Of a stretch of DNA of 12,431 bases, positions 8,401 through 12,431 are shown piece by piece (the first letter of the stretch is position 1; each line of letters starts with the position of its first letter). The stretch is taken from the NCBI GenBank assembly GCA_043228905.1, contig JBHGNT010001068.1:1-12431 (forward strand), given 5' to 3'. The stretch comes from Azolla caroliniana (Eukaryota; Plantae; Polypodiophyta). Below the pieces are notes generated by a model. It saw nothing but the letters and a program-made list of their open reading frames with translations. It made no database searches and was not told the origin of the DNA. Made by a program: the position numbers and the translations under genes.

Positions 8401-10192
8401 GCATGCAGCCTTTTTCTACTATTGGGTATTTCCATTGAGGAATTTGAATCATGTATTTTTCCCATGAGTTTCTGAATCTGAGAATTTACATACCAGTGCA
8501 GATTTTAAATTTGATGTTCCTTATATCTCCAAAGGTTGCATACAACTTCTCTGAGCTCATTGAATTTCACGCAGGTGATGCATCTAGATCCCCTCTGTTT
8601 CTGCTAAAAGGAATTTATAGTATGTCTGGTGTATATGGGTGGTTTTTTAAACTTTAATGGGTTTAAGAAGGTCATATCAACATAATTGTGAGTCTTGTGT
8701 ATGAAATCATTCACTATCCACGGAATTGATGTTTTGACTGATGCGCATGACAGTTGATACATATAGTCAGTTTGTTGATGAGAATGAAGAGCTTCTCAAA
8801 TCTCTGCCCCCTCCACCTGTTGCAGTCGACTACTATGAAAGTGAAGACCTGTACATGTAAGTTTTAGCATCCTGAATATGGAAATAGTGATATATACTTT
8901 TAATAGTGTTTCTTTGCTTACCTGTATCTGATGTGCATAAAACACTTGCACTGCAGTCATTCATGAAGATATTTGCCTAACATTTTTTTCTGACAATGCT
9001 TGATGCACTCAGTATGACCATGCTTCATTTTTCATCTCCTTAGAGGGATTCTTAAGGTGCCATGTTTGATTATCCTGAAAATACTTTTATAATAATGTGG
9101 TTGTTGTTGAGCTCTATCTTGTAAGAGCTATTTTTTGCATAGCTAGTTGATCGACTAGATAGTATTGTCGCTTTGTTAGGTTGGGGCTTCAGATTCTTGT
9201 TAGTTAAACAGTTTCTTTTTGCAAAATATGGATATCGATTAGTTATATTGGGAGCTTAGCTCATTATTGAAATACCAGCAAAGCAGCTAAAATAGCTGCT
9301 TTGCCAGTATTATATCGTAAGTAAAATAGAGTTTAAATCTGATTCAAATAGAGAACAAATCAGACATCATTGTCCTGAAAGCACAACTATAAACTTGCAT
9401 TTACCTGCTGATACCTAAATTTCAGATTTACATCTGACAAAATTAACTTCTAATTAATGGAAAACCCTTTCAAATTAGACCTGCAATGGGAACTTCAGTC
9501 TCTAAAGGGCAACAAAAGTAGTAGTACCTATCCACAAACAACAAAATCAGAATATTTAACGGACGTGCTCACACAATTCATATAGCCTAAGGATAGTGTA
9601 ACACGATGAGAACAGAGTTTGTGAACAGGAAATCATCTAAGCGTACAAAACGTAATCAAAATGTGATAAAGCTCCGTTCCTTTTTTACTTGGTTTTCTAT
9701 GTGAAGCAGATTTATGACAGAAAGTTCTTTCTTGTTCATTATTTCTGCCAGAGTTTTGTTGTGAAGCATGATTTTCATGTAAAAAAGGTCATGATAAGTT
9801 TGTGTAATGTTTGAAAGTGTGATTCTGTGTGGATGTTTGGAAATATTCATCATGCAGCTCAAGAATACTGCTTCTTGTCTGAGTGATCCCGTGTCACGAT
9901 GTTTCTGTAGGTATGATGAATTTCAAACAAGTCGGCTGCCTGAAACGCGGAGGCCAAAAATCAATAGCCTTTATGATGTATTCAACGCAATAGCAGTAAG
10001 TTAACTTTGTTGTATGTACTATATACACATGGTTCAAATCATGGCTTGTTGTCTTATTTGGTTAACGATTGAATTTTGGATTAGGGGGATGAGTATGAAC
10101 ATGTAAAGACCATGATAGCATGCCAACAGCTAGACACGTTTGTTGTTAGTCCACACAATCCAAAGAGCAGAGGAGAAAAATTGCGGCCTTGA
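1915..10192 (+). CDS. PTOX: Plastid terminal oxidase (PTOX, plastoquinol:O2 oxidoreductase, alternative-oxidase family), algal-like type; 12 coding exons: join(1915..2418,3524..3569,3755..3888,7359..7502,7632..7711,8079..8117,8187..8229,8321..8425,8502..8574,8754..8856,9911..9995,10085..10192) = 1464 nt, 487 aa
   Basis: All 11 introns are GT..AG with compatible phases, giving one open frame. The catalytic part reads ...[183 protein letters not shown]... Di-iron ligands: E (7683), ExxH (8330/8339), E (8562), ExxH (10091/10100). The DLYxxDEFQT..RRP insert is typical of PTOX rather than mitochondrial AOX. ATG 1915 has a gccATGG context. Confidence 0.95.
2047..2070 (+). repeat. (TCT)8 coding microsatellite, part of a 10-Ser run in the transit peptide
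   Basis: Directly visible; in frame with exon 1. Confidence 0.95.
2441..2925 (+). repeat. Degenerate ~34-bp tandem array with palindromic core CTTTCTNAGAAAG at the 5' end of intron 1, including a ~145-bp higher-order duplication
   Basis: Variants of TTTCTGAGAAAGATTAA at ~2484, 2518, 2562, 2656, 2742 and 2804; block 2561-2706 aligns with block 2708-2850. Confidence 0.7.
3524..3569 (+). CDS. PTOX: PTOX exon 2 ([15 protein letters not shown])
   Basis: Polypyrimidine tract with tag| acceptor and |gtaagt donor; phase 0 to 1, continues the exon 1 frame. Confidence 0.85.
3755..3888 (+). CDS. PTOX: PTOX exon 3 ([45 protein letters not shown])
   Basis: ttttggcag| acceptor and CAG|gtatta donor; phase 1 to 0, open frame. 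Confidence 0.85.
4048..5408 (-). repeat. Putative 3' LTR (~1.36 kb, TG...CA)
   Basis: Starts with TG right after the purine tract GGTGAAGGGGGTAAAGA and ends GACA at 4048. It is richer in CpG than the flanking intron and contains a TATA box and a tandem array. Confidence 0.5.
4214..4514 (+). repeat. Degenerate 17-bp tandem repeat, ~18 units
   Basis: Example units: gagttgaaagctcgaca / gagtcgagagctcttag / gactcaaaagctcttgg ... gagctgaagggagcgta / gaatcgaagggagtgca. Confidence 0.85.
5492..5556 (-). pseudogene. trnV-UAC: Plastid-derived fragment (NUPT): trnV-UAC exon 1 plus the first ~28 nt of its group II intron
   Basis: Minus strand TAGCTCAGAGGTAGAGCACCTTGTTTACAC|GTGTGCCAATCTTCTTTCAAGG shows a D-arm and TAC anticodon followed by a group II 5' GTGYG at the trnV intron position. 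The differences from the recalled plastid sequence (CTCG>CTTG, GTGCG>GTGTG) are CpG-type transitions. The acceptor stem is degenerate and exon 2 was not found. Confidence 0.75.
6316..6335 (-). other. Degenerate primer-binding site (tRNA-Arg-like)
   Basis: TGTCAAGACTCTACTGGTGA lies 1 nt after the LTR end ...GACA. The core GACTCTACTGGTGA matches 12/14 of the recalled tRNA-Arg(ACG) PBS TGGCGACTCCACTGGGGA. Confidence 0.5.
6337..6655 (-). repeat. Putative 5' LTR, internally deleted and truncated
   Basis: Matches the left end and the 4940-5175 part of the other copy, but lacks the ~820 bp corresponding to 4118-4940. Confidence 0.5.
7359..7502 (+). CDS. PTOX: PTOX exon 4 ([48 protein letters not shown])
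   Basis: tttcag| acceptor and |gtactg donor; phase 0 to 0. Confidence 0.9.
7632..7711 (+). CDS. PTOX: PTOX exon 5 ([27 protein letters not shown]), first iron ligand Glu
   Basis: cttcag| acceptor; LETVA motif; donor |GTATCCTT (U12-type). Confidence 0.93.
7712..8078 (+). other. Putative U12-type (minor spliceosome) GT-AG intron 5 of PTOX
   Basis: The 5' site GTATCCTTC matches the U12 consensus RTATCCTT. A branch-like TTTCTTAGC (8059-8067) has its A 13 nt before the intron end. The pyrimidine tract is short and the intron is phase 2. Confidence 0.75.
8079..8117 (+). CDS. PTOX: PTOX exon 6 ([12 protein letters not shown]), 39 nt
   Basis: tttttcag| acceptor and |gtaagt donor; phase 2 to 2; LHxYETxGW motif. 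Confidence 0.93.
8187..8229 (+). CDS. PTOX: PTOX exon 7 ([14 protein letters not shown])
   Basis: catag| acceptor and GAG|gtatgg donor; KVHFAE motif. Confidence 0.93.
8321..8425 (+). CDS. PTOX: PTOX exon 8 ([35 protein letters not shown]), first ExxH
   Basis: aaag| acceptor and TGG|gtattt donor; WNEMHHL motif. Confidence 0.93.
8502..8574 (+). CDS. PTOX: PTOX exon 9 ([24 protein letters not shown])
   Basis: tgcag| acceptor and G|gtgatg donor; SPxxAYxFSExxExHA motif. Confidence 0.93.
8754..8856 (+). CDS. PTOX: PTOX exon 10 ([34 protein letters not shown])
   Basis: acag| acceptor and |gtaagt donor; TY and LPxPxVAxxYY motifs. Confidence 0.93.
9911..9995 (+). CDS. PTOX: PTOX exon 11 ([28 protein letters not shown])
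   Basis: ttctgtag| acceptor and |gtaagt donor; DEFQT..RRP..LYDVF segment characteristic of PTOX. Confidence 0.93.
10085..10192 (+). CDS. PTOX: PTOX exon 12 ([35 protein letters not shown]), second ExxH and stop
   Basis: ttag| acceptor; DExEH motif; TGA at 10190-10192. Confidence 0.92.
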   Translation, partial: GDEYEHVKTMIACQQLDTFVVSPHNPKSRGEKLRP

Positions 10193-10649
10193 GTTTTCTA
10201 CACAACTCTTGAATTTGTAAATATATATAGCAAGAGACATTAATACATCAATTAAGATTGAGCTAAAACATATGTGATTAACTGTAACATATCATTCATT
10301 ATTGATTGAACTATCAAGAGTTATTATTTGTTCTCCTGGTTTTTGTGTTGATTTTTAATTTCAGCCATAATGTTCATCTCTTTGAGAATGCTGCATATTC
10401 ATCAGATTCAGGATTAAAAGTATTGTTCCTCCTATTTCTGAGATAAAATCTTTTAATGGGTCAGCATAAAATCCAAAGTTGCAAAGTTTGCCAACATAAA
10501 AGGCTTTTCGAGAGGGCAATCTACTCTCTCATCAGCGGGATGGAGATCATTGCTAATGGTTTGATCATATAGGTCATACTTGTCTCGAAATCTTGAAGCC
10601 AACTGTCAAATATTTAGGAAGCTTACAATTCATGATAAGGTTGATGAAG

Positions 10650-12431
10650 TTATGGAGTTCAAATGTGACCAAATGGAATCAAATTTGAAGATTCTATACA
10701 TAGTATGTGGGAAATTGTGTAGTGATAGTCATCCTTCAAGAATTTTACTAATTGCAATCAAGAGTGCATATTGTGATTTTGAAAGGAATATAATTTTGAG
10801 CCAGATTGATGATTTTGAAAAGGAGACTCAAATGTGGTTGAATGCAATGAAACGTCTCCTCTTTTATGTCCCAATGGCACATCCCCAATCTTGCAATGCA
10901 TGTATCCTTGAGTGTAGTTTTCCCATTTAGAGAAGAAAGTGGTTTTGTAATTTGGTGCAACATGTGTTATAATGAGATTGGCATTGAAAAATGTCAAACG
11001 CCTTCTTCATATCTTGCATCCATTTGGAACTCAAAATATTATTTTTGAGAGCCTTTTGAATCTTTTCACTTGCCTGCTTGTTTTAGGAGGTTGATGTGGT
11101 TTTTAAACCTCACTTATTGATGTGGTTGATCTAAATGGGGAGTGACATGGTCTCAACAAGTAGGGCCCTATATGACCCTTGCATAACCCAACTTGAAGAA
11201 ACTTCATAATAAGCAATTTTTAACATTTTCAAACTCATTCTAAATTGACACAGGTTATCGTACCGTACTTCCATGTCTAAAAGCATTGGTGCTATTAAGT
11301 AAGATCAACTCTTAATTTCTCCACCATTGTATATGTTCTCCAATGCATAGTAAGACTGTTTTTTTGGTTCAAAGCAATGTGTAGCACATTCATTCCATGC
11401 ATGATTGGGAGGAAGCCTCAAACTCGAGATGTTCTAAAGCTTATTGTGGTTTCAAACGGTTCATTATGGTATACAATGTACGGTTTTAATTTATTTTGAG
11501 TCTTCACAAGCATAACCTTCCTTAAAGAGTTATCAACACAACTTAGAGTACATATAACAAAAGCATGATAACTGCATTCTAATGGTAACTTCTTTAATGC
11601 CTTCTAGTTGTACGAACTAGTAGACTATTCTTTCTGATTCATTGATGCATAAGCAAAAGAGAGTTGGTTAGAGCAAGCTTTCTTTCTTAACACCAATAGT
11701 GCTAATAATAAAAGCTTAAACTATAACATGAAATATATCTTCTTATGCATTAACGAAATTACAAGCAAATATTCACTAGTATACAATTCTTCCATGCATC
11801 TCAAAAGATACTCAAAGGGCACCATATCAAAAGCTTTCTTAAAGTGTACAAAAGCAACAATATAGTCTTTTAGCTTTGAAATCACCTTCCTATATTAGCA
11901 CTTGAAGAGGTACAATGTAATTGATTAATGGCACAATGTTGTTTTGAAAATTAGCTTATCAACAAACCTTCTTACCATTTTACAGCCCATGCACTTTACT
12001 TAGCTTCCATTGCACATCCAAATAGCTTTAAGATAAGATAACTACTCCAACCATAATTGATTCATAGTTATGTACATTATTTTTGTCAACTCCTATGCTA
12101 AGGTTTATCAAATTTTTGCTCCAATCATGAGGCATGCCACTTATCCATGTGCTTCTCTTCTCATCCATTTGGGCATTTATCTTCGTAATTTGATGATTTC
12201 TTACCTTGCCAGTGGCCAATTTCTTAAACCTTATGCATACATATTCATTGATAAAGGAGGACTAGTGTGAAAGAGAACCATTATACATAATCTTTGCTCA
12301 AATAGATCACGTAATTTCTTTGAATGGATCACAACTCCATAAGAGTCGAAGTAACTATAATTCTCAACATATTTTGTATACACTTCTGATGATTTCCTCT
12401 TCTTTTACTACATCTAACGTTACAAGTACTT
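10650..12431 (-). mobile_element. Decayed LINE ORF2 (reverse transcriptase pseudogene), running out of the right window edge
   Basis: RT motifs occur in the correct order on the minus strand, broken by stops and frameshifts: GMPHDWS..NNVHNYESIMVG (12140-12047), KRLYCCF/VHFKKAFDMVP (FKKAFDM at 11843-11823), TIGVKKESLL*PTLFCLCI (degenerate GVKQGCPLSP, 11700-11644), IMLLLY[VL*]VVL (destroyed YADD, 11554-11543), KVMLVK, WNECAT, ITHVAPNYKT. Its 3' end is shared with the 762-1241 copy. Confidence 0.88.

Noticed and set aside
1915-10192. Mitochondrial alternative oxidase (AOX) call
   Set aside because: It has PTOX-type ARxPYF, KVHFAE and DEFQT..RRP motifs rather than AOX-type LETVAAVPGM / NERMHL.
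10580-11048. 116-aa and 60-aa plus-strand ORFs as genes
   Set aside because: They lie antisense to the decayed LINE 3' region and show no recognisable domain.

Overview
AT-rich eukaryotic plant nuclear DNA; the gene type, introns and repeats suggest a non-flowering land plant such as a fern (inference). The centre holds one intact 12-exon plus-strand gene (CDS 1915-10192, 487 aa as assembled by hand) for a plastid terminal oxidase (PTOX, AOX-family di-iron quinol oxidase). It has all six iron ligands and a Ser/Arg-rich transit peptide, and its motifs resemble green-algal PTOX more than angiosperm IMMUTANS. Intron 5 looks like a minor-spliceosome (U12) intron. Intron 3 (3.5 kb) carries an antisense, decayed, non-coding LTR retroelement with a 17-bp tandem array, a putative PPT and tRNA-Arg PBS, and an internal ~65-bp piece of plastid trnV-UAC exon 1 plus its group II intron start. 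Intron 1 begins with a degenerate palindromic tandem array. Two decayed copies of one LINE family flank the gene, both pointing toward it (762-1241 on +, ~10650-12431 on -). There are no prokaryotic features or CRISPR arrays, and most short ORFs in the track are spurious or TE debris. All family assignments rest on recalled motifs, not database searches.
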